From: Candidatus Binatia bacterium
Lineage (GTDB): Bacteria > Desulfobacterota > Binatia > UBA9968 > JAJDTQ01
Direction of reading: 5' to 3'
Assembly: GCA_963666515.2 (NCBI GenBank)
Contig: OY762897.2
Location: forward strand, 3,264,001-3,328,000
DNA length: 64,000 nucleotides
The first letter of the stretch is position 1, and each line of letters begins with the position of its first letter. Positions 56,296 through 64,000 of this stretch are shown here, one piece after another. The position numbers and the translations under genes are program-made. Under the pieces are notes generated by a model. It did no database searches, was not told where the DNA came from, and saw only the letters and a program-made list of their open reading frames with translations.

Positions 56296-56766
56296 CTATT
56301 TGCCGGCCAGCAGCTTGGGCCAGTTGACATCGCCCTTGGCGATGTTGCCCGGGATGTCCTGAGACCACTGGTCCCGGACGCCCAGGCTGTAGTTGAGGTA
56401 GAGGGCGCCGTCCACGATGCTCCACGCATCCGGGTCGATGGATGCGGTATAGCCCCGGCTCACCGCGAACGCGCAGTATCCGCCGTACCTGGGCGCGTAT
56501 TTCTCGGGGTCGGCCTTGAAGAGGCCCCTGTTCTCGGCGCTCGCGAACGACCAGGTGGCCCCCTTCCATTCCAGCCGGTGCGCCCTCTTGCCCTTAACCG
56601 GCTTTCCATCGGTGTGGTAGGCCACGGGATCGTATCCGCGGATGGCACCGCCCAGATAGGTCGAGAACACCGGGTCGAGGGCCCAGGCCGTGCCCGCGGT
56701 CCCCGCCAGGACTGCCGTGAAGAGCACGGGAATGACCGCGAGTCGGATTCGCCTGTTGAAATGCAT
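56296..56766 (-). CDS. Secreted YHS-domain protein
   Basis: Signal peptide, AIRGYDPVAY, F.SAEN..F..DPEKYAP.YGGYCA, LYLN. Confidence 0.88.
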   Translation of the reverse strand: MHFNRRIRLAVIPVLFTAVLAGTAGTAWALDPVFSTYLGGAIRGYDPVAYHTDGKPVKGKRAHRLEWKGATWSFASAENRGLFKADPEKYAPRYGGYCAFAVSRGYTASIDPDAWSIVDGALYLNYSLGVRDQWSQDIPGNIAKGDVNWPKLLAGK

Positions 56767-56855
56767 GGATACCTCCGGAACCCCTGAAGGCGGTAGAGCC
56801 CATTTCAGCCCATTCCGGGCGAGTTTGCAACACGCGTTACGGATCACGATCACGG

Positions 56856-56887
56856 TGTAGGGGCGACCCGCGGTCGTCCCCTGCACA
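56856..56887. repeat. GTAG-type REP-like palindrome
   Basis: TGTAGGGGCGACCCGCGGTCGTCCCCTGCACA; a GCTCAGGACGAACGG half-repeat follows at 56913-56927. Confidence 0.6.
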
Positions 56888-56946
56888 TCGCTGGGGCATA
56901 TCGCGTCGCTCCGCTCAGGACGAACGGATGCAGGAATGGAAGTGAA

Positions 56947-57023
56947 TGGTCGGGGCGACTGGATTTGAACCAGCGACTTCACGGACCCGAACCGTGCGCT
57001 CTACCAGGCTGAGCCACGCCCCG
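56947..57023 (-). tRNA. tRNA-Pro(CGG)
   Basis: CGGGGCG acceptor stem, D-arm, CACGG-TT-CGG-GT-CCGTG anticodon arm, GGTTCAAATCC, encoded CCA; 77 nt. Confidence 0.97.
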
Positions 57024-57088
57024 ACACTCGGTTGGACTGAATCTCGGCTAGTCTCTAGAAACCTAACACAGGATCGGTACGAGGTAAA

Positions 57089-58528
57089 TCACGCAGCCGC
57101 CGGAAGCCTGCTCATCCGAGCGGCGAAGAAACCGTCGGTGTCGTGGCGGTGCGGGAGCGCGAGGAGGTAGCGTCCGGCGGTCATGGGGCGCATGGATTCC
57201 GGGAGGTGGGCGCCGGCGACCTCGACTGCGAAGTCGCCGTGACGCTCCAGGAAGCCCTCCACCACCTGTTCGTTCTCGACGCGGGAAAGGGTGCAGGTGG
57301 CGTAGACGAGCACCCCGCCGGGGCGCACCCGGAGGGCGGCCTGATCCAGTATCCGCGCCTGCAGCGCGGCGAGACGCCGGAGGTCCCGTCCTGTACGCCG
57401 CCAGCGGATCTCCGGGTGCGCGCGCAAGGTGCCCAGGCCCGAGCACGGTGCGTCCACCAGCACGCGATGAAAGGCGCCGGGTTCTCCGGGAAGGGCTTCG
57501 GTCGCGTCACCGACCTCGGGACGGATGCAATCGAGCCCCAGGCGGCGGGCGTTCTCGGCCAGCCTCGCGAGCCCGCGCTCCGAGACGTCGCAGGCGACGA
57601 TCTCCCCCCGGCCGTCCATCAGTTCCGCCATGTGCGTCGTCTTCCCGCCGGGGGCGGCGCATACGTCGAGCACCCGCATCCCCGGCCTGGGATCGACCAG
57701 GAGACCCACCGCCTGGGAGGCCTCTCCCTGCACCTGGCACAACCCCTGGCGGAACTCCGCCAGCTCCGCCGGCGACGCCGACCCGCGCAGGCGCACCGCG
57801 GCCGGCGACCACCCGCCGGGACGGGCATCGACCCCGCCGGCGCACAGCCGCTGCACCAGCGCGTCGCGGGTGATCCGCAGGCGGTTGGCGCGCAGCACCA
57901 GCGGCGCTTCCCGGTTGTTGGCTTCCATGAGCCGCCGGCTTTCCCCGGCGCCGAACTGCTCCCGCCACATCTCGATGAGCCACGGCGGGTGAGACACCAG
58001 GGCGGCCATTTCCTCGACGGTCCCGGACGCTGCCGCAGGGGACATCGAGCGTTCCTTGACCTCGGCAGCGTCTGCCGCAGCCATTTCCTCGGCCGTCCCG
58101 GACGCTGCCGGCGGAGACCATGCATCGCGCTCCCGGCGCGCGATCTCCCGCAAGACCGCGTTGACCAGCCGCGCCTTCCCCGGCCCGGCGCGTCTCCGGG
58201 TCAACGCCACCAACTCGTTGACGGTGGCGTAGGCGGGGACCCGATCCAGGAAGAGAAGCTCGTAGGCCCCCAGCCGGAGCAGGTTTCGGACCACCGGGTC
58301 GAGGTCGTGCAGGGGTTTCCGCAGCAGGCGGCCGAGCACCCAGTCGAGGCGCCCGCGCCAGCGCAGGACGCCGTAGACGGTGCGGGTGAGCAGCGCGCCG
58401 TCGGCCTGCGGCAGGGCCGCCTCCTCCAGCCGCGCGTTCAGCAGCACGTCGGCATAGGCCTTCCGCCGCTCGACGCGGTCCAGGATGGCGAGGGCGATCT
58501 CACGCGGGTTTGTGGTGTGCCGGGTCAC
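57089..58528 (-). CDS. rsmB: 16S rRNA m5C967 methyltransferase
   Basis: NusB-like N-terminus, SHPPW, LDVCAAPGGKT, LVDAPCSGLG, YATCT..EN, DGFF; GTG start approximate. Confidence 0.93.
   Translation of the reverse strand: MTRHTTNPREIALAILDRVERRKAYADVLLNARLEEAALPQADGALLTRTVYGVLRWRGRLDWVLGRLLRKPLHDLDPVVRNLLRLGAYELLFLDRVPAYATVNELVALTRRRAGPGKARLVNAVLREIARRERDAWSPPAASGTAEEMAAADAAEVKERSMSPAAASGTVEEMAALVSHPPWLIEMWREQFGAGESRRLMEANNREAPLVLRANRLRITRDALVQRLCAGGVDARPGGWSPAAVRLRGSASPAELAEFRQGLCQVQGEASQAVGLLVDPRPGMRVLDVCAAPGGKTTHMAELMDGRGEIVACDVSERGLARLAENARRLGLDCIRPEVGDATEALPGEPGAFHRVLVDAPCSGLGTLRAHPEIRWRRTGRDLRRLAALQARILDQAALRVRPGGVLVYATCTLSRVENEQVVEGFLERHGDFAVEVAGAHLPESMRPMTAGRYLLALPHRHDTDGFFAARMSRLPAAA
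58005..58120. repeat. In-frame 75-bp-period duplication inside rsmB
   Basis: SPPAASGTAEEMAA ... SPAAASGTVEEMAA; units at 58005 and 58080. Confidence 0.8.
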
Positions 58529-58562
58529 AAGCAGGCAGGCTTGGCGGCGTGCGGACAGGACA

Positions 58563-59513
58563 CTACGCCGGAGGTCCCTCGAACCGCGCCCCCGCTTGAA
58601 TTCCGGCGCCCCGGAGGAAGGCTGCCACCGGCAGGCGCTGGCGGCCCTCCATCTGCAACTCGGTGAGACGCAGCACGCCCGCGCCGGTGGCGACCGATAT
58701 ACCGTCCGCGCCGGCCCGCACCACGGTTCCCGGTGCGTCCGCACCCTGCGCCCGGTCCGCCGGCGCCGGCCTTGCGCCATGCACCTTGACGCGCTTGCCG
58801 CGCCAGTAGCTGAACGCCGAGGGCCAGGGGGTGAAGGCGCGGATGCGCCGCTCGATCTCCTGCGCCGGCCGCGTCCAGTCGATCATTCCGTCGTCCTTCC
58901 TGAGCATGGGAGCGAAGGTGACGGCCGAGGGGTCCTGCGGGCGCGGCGTGAGCGAGCCCCGTTCGACTCCGGCCACGGTCGCCGCCAGCAGCCGCGCGCC
59001 GACCGGAACGAGCTTGGCCTCCAGCGAGGCCGCGGTCTCGTCCGGGGCCAGGGCGACCTCTTCCGCCAGCAGGACCGGGCCGGCGTCCATCTCCGCCACG
59101 AGCTGCATGGTGGTCACCCCGGTGACCGCCTCCCCCCGGAGTATGGCCCACTGCATGGGGGCCGCGCCGCGGTACCGGGGCAACAGCGAGTAGTGGACGT
59201 TGATGCAGCCCAGGGGCGGCAGGTCCAGGATCGCCTGGGGCAGGATTCGCCCGTAGGCCACCACCACCACGAGGTCCGGACGCCAGCCCCGGAGCCGTTC
59301 CAGCAGGCCGGGATCTTTCATCTTCCGGGGCGTCAGCACCGGAATGCCGGCCTCCCCGGCCCTTCGCCGCACCGGCGAGGGTGTGGTGGCCTGGCCGCGC
59401 CCGGCGGGACGGTCGGGCTGGGTCATCACGCCCACCACCTCATGCGGGCCGCGGAGCAGGGTTTCGAGCGACGACGCCGCCGAGGCCGGCGTCCCCATGA
59501 AGACGATACGCAT
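58563..59513 (-). CDS. fmt: Methionyl-tRNA formyltransferase
   Basis: MRIVFMGTP, TQPDRPAGRG, VVAYG.IL, NVHYSLLPRYRGAAP, MDAG. Confidence 0.96.
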   Translation of the reverse strand: MRIVFMGTPASAASSLETLLRGPHEVVGVMTQPDRPAGRGQATTPSPVRRRAGEAGIPVLTPRKMKDPGLLERLRGWRPDLVVVVAYGRILPQAILDLPPLGCINVHYSLLPRYRGAAPMQWAILRGEAVTGVTTMQLVAEMDAGPVLLAEEVALAPDETAASLEAKLVPVGARLLAATVAGVERGSLTPRPQDPSAVTFAPMLRKDDGMIDWTRPAQEIERRIRAFTPWPSAFSYWRGKRVKVHGARPAPADRAQGADAPGTVVRAGADGISVATGAGVLRLTELQMEGRQRLPVAAFLRGAGIQAGARFEGPPA

Positions 59514-59535
59514 GTGTGTGGACGGGTGGCGGGAG

Positions 59536-60072
59536 TCAGATGACGACGCCGCGGTTCTCCGGCAGCTCCTTGCCGGTGCGGATGGACTTCTTGAGCTTGC
59601 GCACGTAGAGGTCGCGCTTGAGCCGGCTGATGCGGTCGATGAAGAGCTTGCCGTCGAGATGGTCGATCTCGTGCTGCAGCGCCACGGCCAGGAGCCCGTC
59701 CGCGTCGATCTCCACCTCCTCGCCGTTCTCGTCGTATCCCGACACCGCCACCCGCTCGGCCCGCCTTACCTCCGCGGTGAACTCCACCACGCTGAGGCAG
59801 CCCTCCTCGAAGACGACCTCTCCCTCGGCCTCGCGAATCACCGGGTTGACCAGCTTGATGACGTTGGCGCCGCGGTTCTCGTGATCGAGGTCCAGGACGA
59901 TGATGCGCCGGGACACCCCCACCTGGGGCGCGGCCAGACCGATCCCCGGCGCCGCGTACATGGTCTCCAGCATGTCGTCGATGAACTCGGCGACTTGGCC
60001 GGTGATGGCCTCCACCGGCCGCGCCGGCGCGCGCAGGACCGGGTCGGGAAACTTGAGAATGTCGAGGATCAT
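59536..60072 (-). CDS. def: Peptide deformylase
   Basis: GIGLAAPQVG, EGCLS, QHEIDHLDG. Confidence 0.96.
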   Translation of the reverse strand: MILDILKFPDPVLRAPARPVEAITGQVAEFIDDMLETMYAAPGIGLAAPQVGVSRRIIVLDLDHENRGANVIKLVNPVIREAEGEVVFEEGCLSVVEFTAEVRRAERVAVSGYDENGEEVEIDADGLLAVALQHEIDHLDGKLFIDRISRLKRDLYVRKLKKSIRTGKELPENRGVVI

Positions 60073-60109
60073 GTCTTCACTGGGGGCTGCGCTGCCGTTT
60101 TCACAGGAT

Positions 60110-62335
60110 TCATAACATGTTGTACGGATCCACATCAACGTGGATACGGGTGGCCCTGCCCCTGGGCGCGAGCGCCACGGCGCGCCGGGCCAGGGCCAGG
60201 AGCGCCGGCCGGCTCTTCCCCTTCAGCAGGATCTGCCAGCGGTAGCGGTTGCGCAACCTGGCAATGGGCGCCGGCGCCGGACCGAGGATCTCCAGCGGCG
60301 CCGGCGTCCTCTCGCGCCGGAGCGCCCGGGCCAGGTCGCGGGCGCCGCGCGCCACCTTGTCCTCGTCGGTCCCGTCGAGACGCAGGTGCACCAGGTGCTG
60401 GAACGGCGGGTAGCCCAACTCGCGGCGGAACGCGGTCTCGGTGGCGAAGAACGACGGGTAGTCGTGCAGCCTGGCGTGGTCGAAGCAGTAGTGGCCCGGC
60501 ACCAGCGTCTGCACGATGACGCGGCCGGGCTGCCGCGCGCGCCCCGCCCGGCCGGCCACCTGGCTGATGATCTGGAACGTCTTCTCCGCGGCGCGGAAGT
60601 CGGGGAGGTTCAGCGAGGAGTCGGCCAGCACCACCCCGACGAGGGTGACGCCGCCCACGTCGTGTCCCTTGGCCACCATCTGGGTGCCCACCAGGACGTC
60701 GAGATCACCCTTCTCCCACGACCGGAAGATCCGTTCCTGGGCGCCCCGGCTGCCGGTGGTGTCCCGGTCCATGCGCCCGATGCGGGCCTTGGGCAAGAGC
60801 CGCCGCAGCTCGTGCTCGATCCTTTCCGTGCCGAAGCCCACCTCGCTCAGGGACAGGTTGCCGCACGCGGGGCAGGCGTCCGGCTTGCGTTGGCGGAAGC
60901 CGCAGTGGTGGCAGAACGTGCCGTTGCGCCCGAGGTGGTAGGTGAGGGTGATGCTGCAGCGCGGACACCGGAACACGAAGCCGCAGGACCAGCACTGGAG
61001 GAACGACGCGAAACCGCGCCGGTTGAGGAACACCAAGCTCTGCCGGCCGCGCTCGTGGTTCTCCTGGAGCGCGCGCAGGAGCGGGGCGGAAAAGAGCCGG
61101 TCCACGGCCGACGGCTCGGGCGCGGTCTTGACGTCGACGATCTCGACGCGGGGCATGGGCCGGGCCTGCACCCGTTCGGTGAGCTCCAGCATGCGGTACC
61201 GGCCGCTGCGGGCGTTGTGATAGCTCTCCACCGACGGCGTGGCCGACCCCAGGATCACCGGACACCCGACGATGCGTCCGCGCACCACCGCCAGGTCGCG
61301 TCCGTGGTAGCGGACCCCCTCCTCCTGCTTGTAGCTGGTGTCGTGCTCTTCATCGACCACGATGAGCCCGAGATCCCGCACCGGGGCGAAGACCGCGGAG
61401 CGGGCGCCCGCCACCACCTTCACCGCGCCGTGGGCGATGCGCCACCAGTGACGCCACCGCTCCGCCGCGCTGAGGCCGCTGTGGAGCACGGCCACGTCGC
61501 CCGGAAAGCGCCCCTCCAGACGGTCCAGCAACTGGGGGGTCAGGGCTATTTCCGGCACCAGGATCAGGCTTTGCCGGCCCTGCCGGCGCACCTGCTCCAT
61601 GGCCCGGAGGTAGACCTCGGTCTTGCCGCTGCCGGTGACGCCGTGGAGCAGCAGGGTCTCGAAGCCGCCCTCGCCGAGGCGCGGCCCCATGGCCCGGAGC
61701 ACCTGCTCCTGCTCTTCGGTGAGCACGGGAGCGCGGCCGGCGGCCGCGGCGCCGGCGGCCTTTTCCGGCCGGGGCTGCCGCTTGCGCCGGGCCTCGCGCA
61801 CGTGGCCCCGGAGCCGGTCTTCCATCGCCACGGCCCCGGCCCCGGCCAACCGGTCCAGGGCCGCCCTGACGCCCCGGCGCGGGAACAGGCGGCTCAGCGC
61901 CGCCGGCGTCATCGGTCCGCGGCGCCGCACCGCATCCAGCACCTCCCGGTCCAGGGTTCCATGGAGGCTTTCCGGTTCCCGGGCAAAAGCCGCCACCAGC
62001 CGGCTTTCGGTGCGCAGCAGCGGCGGCAACGCCGCGGCCAGCACCTCCCCCAGGGAGGCGACGTAGTAGTCCGCGGCCCAGCGGCACAAGTCCAGGAACG
62101 CCGGATCCAGGAGCGCCTCGTCGTCCAGCGCCTCGGCGACCTGCTTGACCCCGGCCACGGGTGACTTCCGCTGGAACCCCACCACCACTCCGGTGACGCG
62201 CCGCCGGCCCAGCGGCACCAGCACCCGCATACCCACTTCGAGGCGCCCGTCCAGAGCCTCGGGCACGGCATAGGTCAAAGGCTCCTGGAGCGGCGCCGGC
62301 ACCGCCACCAGGGCAAATCTGTCGCTCTGCTCCAT
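60110..62335 (-). CDS. priA: Primosomal protein N'
   Basis: GVTGSGKTEVY, VPEIALT, DEEH, SATPS, Cys clusters, GTQMVAKG, QVAGRAGR, DVDP. Confidence 0.96.
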   Translation of the reverse strand: MEQSDRFALVAVPAPLQEPLTYAVPEALDGRLEVGMRVLVPLGRRRVTGVVVGFQRKSPVAGVKQVAEALDDEALLDPAFLDLCRWAADYYVASLGEVLAAALPPLLRTESRLVAAFAREPESLHGTLDREVLDAVRRRGPMTPAALSRLFPRRGVRAALDRLAGAGAVAMEDRLRGHVREARRKRQPRPEKAAGAAAAGRAPVLTEEQEQVLRAMGPRLGEGGFETLLLHGVTGSGKTEVYLRAMEQVRRQGRQSLILVPEIALTPQLLDRLEGRFPGDVAVLHSGLSAAERWRHWWRIAHGAVKVVAGARSAVFAPVRDLGLIVVDEEHDTSYKQEEGVRYHGRDLAVVRGRIVGCPVILGSATPSVESYHNARSGRYRMLELTERVQARPMPRVEIVDVKTAPEPSAVDRLFSAPLLRALQENHERGRQSLVFLNRRGFASFLQCWSCGFVFRCPRCSITLTYHLGRNGTFCHHCGFRQRKPDACPACGNLSLSEVGFGTERIEHELRRLLPKARIGRMDRDTTGSRGAQERIFRSWEKGDLDVLVGTQMVAKGHDVGGVTLVGVVLADSSLNLPDFRAAEKTFQIISQVAGRAGRARQPGRVIVQTLVPGHYCFDHARLHDYPSFFATETAFRRELGYPPFQHLVHLRLDGTDEDKVARGARDLARALRRERTPAPLEILGPAPAPIARLRNRYRWQILLKGKSRPALLALARRAVALAPRGRATRIHVDVDPYNML

Positions 62336-62494
62336 CTTCCCGGATTATTGATGAGACGGCGTCAGAATGCCACGTCTTTGACGCTGCTGGTGGATCTCAA
62401 TCACCACGCCACGAGCAAACCTGCCGTTCGATACGATTCAGTCCCCGCCGGCGGGCGCCGGGGATTGGCCCGCGATTTGCGTCTACCACGGTCC

Positions 62495-63508
62495 ATGGGC
62501 CGCCTTTTCCCCTTTGGACGAACGCGAAGCTGGTTCGCGGTGGACGTGGGCTCCAGCTCCGTCAAGATCGCCGAGGCCGTGGGCGCGCGCGGCGGCGCGC
62601 GGGTCCTGCGGGCCGCCGTGCTCCCGACCCCGGCCGGGGCGGTGGAGAACGGGCTCGTGCGCCGGGTCGAGGCGCTTGGCAGCGCGATACGGGAATTTGC
62701 CGGACCGGCCCGCGGAAAGCCGCACCGGGCCGTGGCGTCGATCCCGGGCCGGAGGGTTATCATCAAGCGGTTGCGGCTATCCCGCCGGGACACGGCCAAC
62801 CTCGACCCGGCGGTCGAGTTCGAAGCCATGGACGCCATCCCCGAGGAGCTGGACAACGTCAACCTCGACTACCACGTCATCGGGCCGTCGGATGACGGCG
62901 ACGGGCTGGAGGTGCTGCTGGTCGCCGCCAGGAAGACCCTGGTGGCGAACTACGTCGATCTCATGGAGGCCGCCGGCCTGGTTGCGGCCGTCGTGGACGT
63001 GGACCACTTCGCCCTCCGGTCCGGCGGCGCGCGCGAAGGCGCCGACGTGCTGGTCCACGTGGGCGCGTGCACCACCACGGTGCACGTCCCCGCGGGCGAC
63101 CCTCCCGGCTACACCACGGACCTGCCTCTGGGCGGCGAGCGGTTCACCGAGAGTCTGGCCGAACGGCTTGGCGTCTCCCGTGACGAGGCCGAGGCCGTCA
63201 AGTGCAACGGGCCGTCGCCGGAGGCCGCCGGCCTGCTGAACGTCCTGTGCGACGAATTCGCCGCGAAGGTGGAGCGCAGCCTCGACCTGTTGGGCGTGCG
63301 CGGCGAGGGGACCGGACCGCGCCGGGTGTCCCTGAGCGGAGGCAGCGCGTTGCTGCCCGGTCTCGGCCCGAGCCTGACCCGAGCCCTGAAGGCCGAGGTC
63401 CGGGTCTGCGGACCCGTTTTCGGCGGAGACCGGGGATCGGAGGACATCCATGCGGGACCGGCTTTTGCCCTGGTGGCCGGTCTGCTGACGCGGAGTCCGT
63501 TCGAATAG
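62495..63508 (+). CDS. pilM: Type IV pilus assembly protein PilM
   Basis: VDVGSSSVK, VNLDY, VLLVAA, VDVD.FAL, LSGGSA; upstream of pilN. Confidence 0.85.
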   Translation: MGRLFPFGRTRSWFAVDVGSSSVKIAEAVGARGGARVLRAAVLPTPAGAVENGLVRRVEALGSAIREFAGPARGKPHRAVASIPGRRVIIKRLRLSRRDTANLDPAVEFEAMDAIPEELDNVNLDYHVIGPSDDGDGLEVLLVAARKTLVANYVDLMEAAGLVAAVVDVDHFALRSGGAREGADVLVHVGACTTTVHVPAGDPPGYTTDLPLGGERFTESLAERLGVSRDEAEAVKCNGPSPEAAGLLNVLCDEFAAKVERSLDLLGVRGEGTGPRRVSLSGGSALLPGLGPSLTRALKAEVRVCGPVFGGDRGSEDIHAGPAFALVAGLLTRSPFE

Positions 63509-63531
63509 GCGCGTCGATGACCGTTCCGGCG

Positions 63532-64000
63532 ATGATTCGCATCAACCTGCTGCCGACGCGGCAAACGCGGGCGCAAAGACGCAGACGCCGGACGGTCACG
63601 GCCGGCGCCGCGGCGCTCTGCCTCGCCGGCGTCGCGCTGGCCGCGGTCAACGTCTCGCAATGCCGCCGGCAGGCCGCGCTGGAGTCCGGCCTGACCGAAA
63701 GCCGGCGCGTCGCCGACGGGCTTCGTATCGAGACCGAGGTCCTGAAGGAGCTGGAAGATCAGGTCCTGCGACGGCGACGGAACAACGAGGCCGTCAAGGC
63801 GTGGCTCCGGCAACGGGCGCGGCATCCCCGCATCCTGCGCGACCTCTCGGCCGCGGCGCCGGAGCGGTTGTGGCTGACCCGCTACGCAGAATCCGGGGGC
63901 ACGACGATCCTCGAAGGCCGCGCCACCGACGACGAGTCCATCGCGCGGTTCCTGCGCAGCCTCTCCCGCGTCTTCAAGAGCGCGCAGCTCATGCAAGCGG
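63532..64000 (+). CDS. pilN: Type IV pilus assembly protein PilN (runs off window)
   Basis: MIRINLLP, one TM, coiled coil, PERLWLT, LEGRA; alternative ATG at 63517. Confidence 0.85.
   Translation, partial: MIRINLLPTRQTRAQRRRRRTVTAGAAALCLAGVALAAVNVSQCRRQAALESGLTESRRVADGLRIETEVLKELEDQVLRRRRNNEAVKAWLRQRARHPRILRDLSAAAPERLWLTRYAESGGTTILEGRATDDESIARFLRSLSRVFKSAQLMQA

Noticed and set aside
46252-57023. Genomic island integrated at tRNA-Pro using the tyrosine recombinase
   Set aside because: No duplicated tRNA 3' end seen, the recombinase is about 5.7 kb away, and the intervening genes have host-like GC

Overview
High-GC Gram-negative bacterial chromosome segment; gene content looks Deltaproteobacteria/Binatia-like (inference only). 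Housekeeping genes: cysD (partial), ilvE, trmFO, dprA, der, era, greA, ligA, rsmI, split NAD synthetase, amgK/murU-like pair, tRNA-Pro(CGG), rsmB-fmt-def-priA, pilM-pilN (partial). Also a MoxR/DUF58/VWA operon and peptide ABC transporters, including a yejE-yejF fusion. Four things stand out. (1) Two divergent porin-like paralogues share a perfect 464-bp inverted repeat around a 229-bp spacer with one clear promoter candidate, next to a Cre-like tyrosine recombinase: a candidate inversion switch with mosaic surface loops. (2) Three dispersed intergenic hairpins share an invariant 18-nt core (CGAAGGGCGGACCCAACG) but have unrelated, perfectly paired 25-35 bp arms. (3) A tightly coupled 7-gene operon encodes four membrane proteins, a GlmL-like ASKHA ATPase with no B12 mutase nearby, and a barrel-sandwich-like protein. 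(4) A small lower-GC gene pair resembles an ART-fold toxin plus an EF-Tu domain III-like partner. All assignments are by eye from motifs; no database searches were run.
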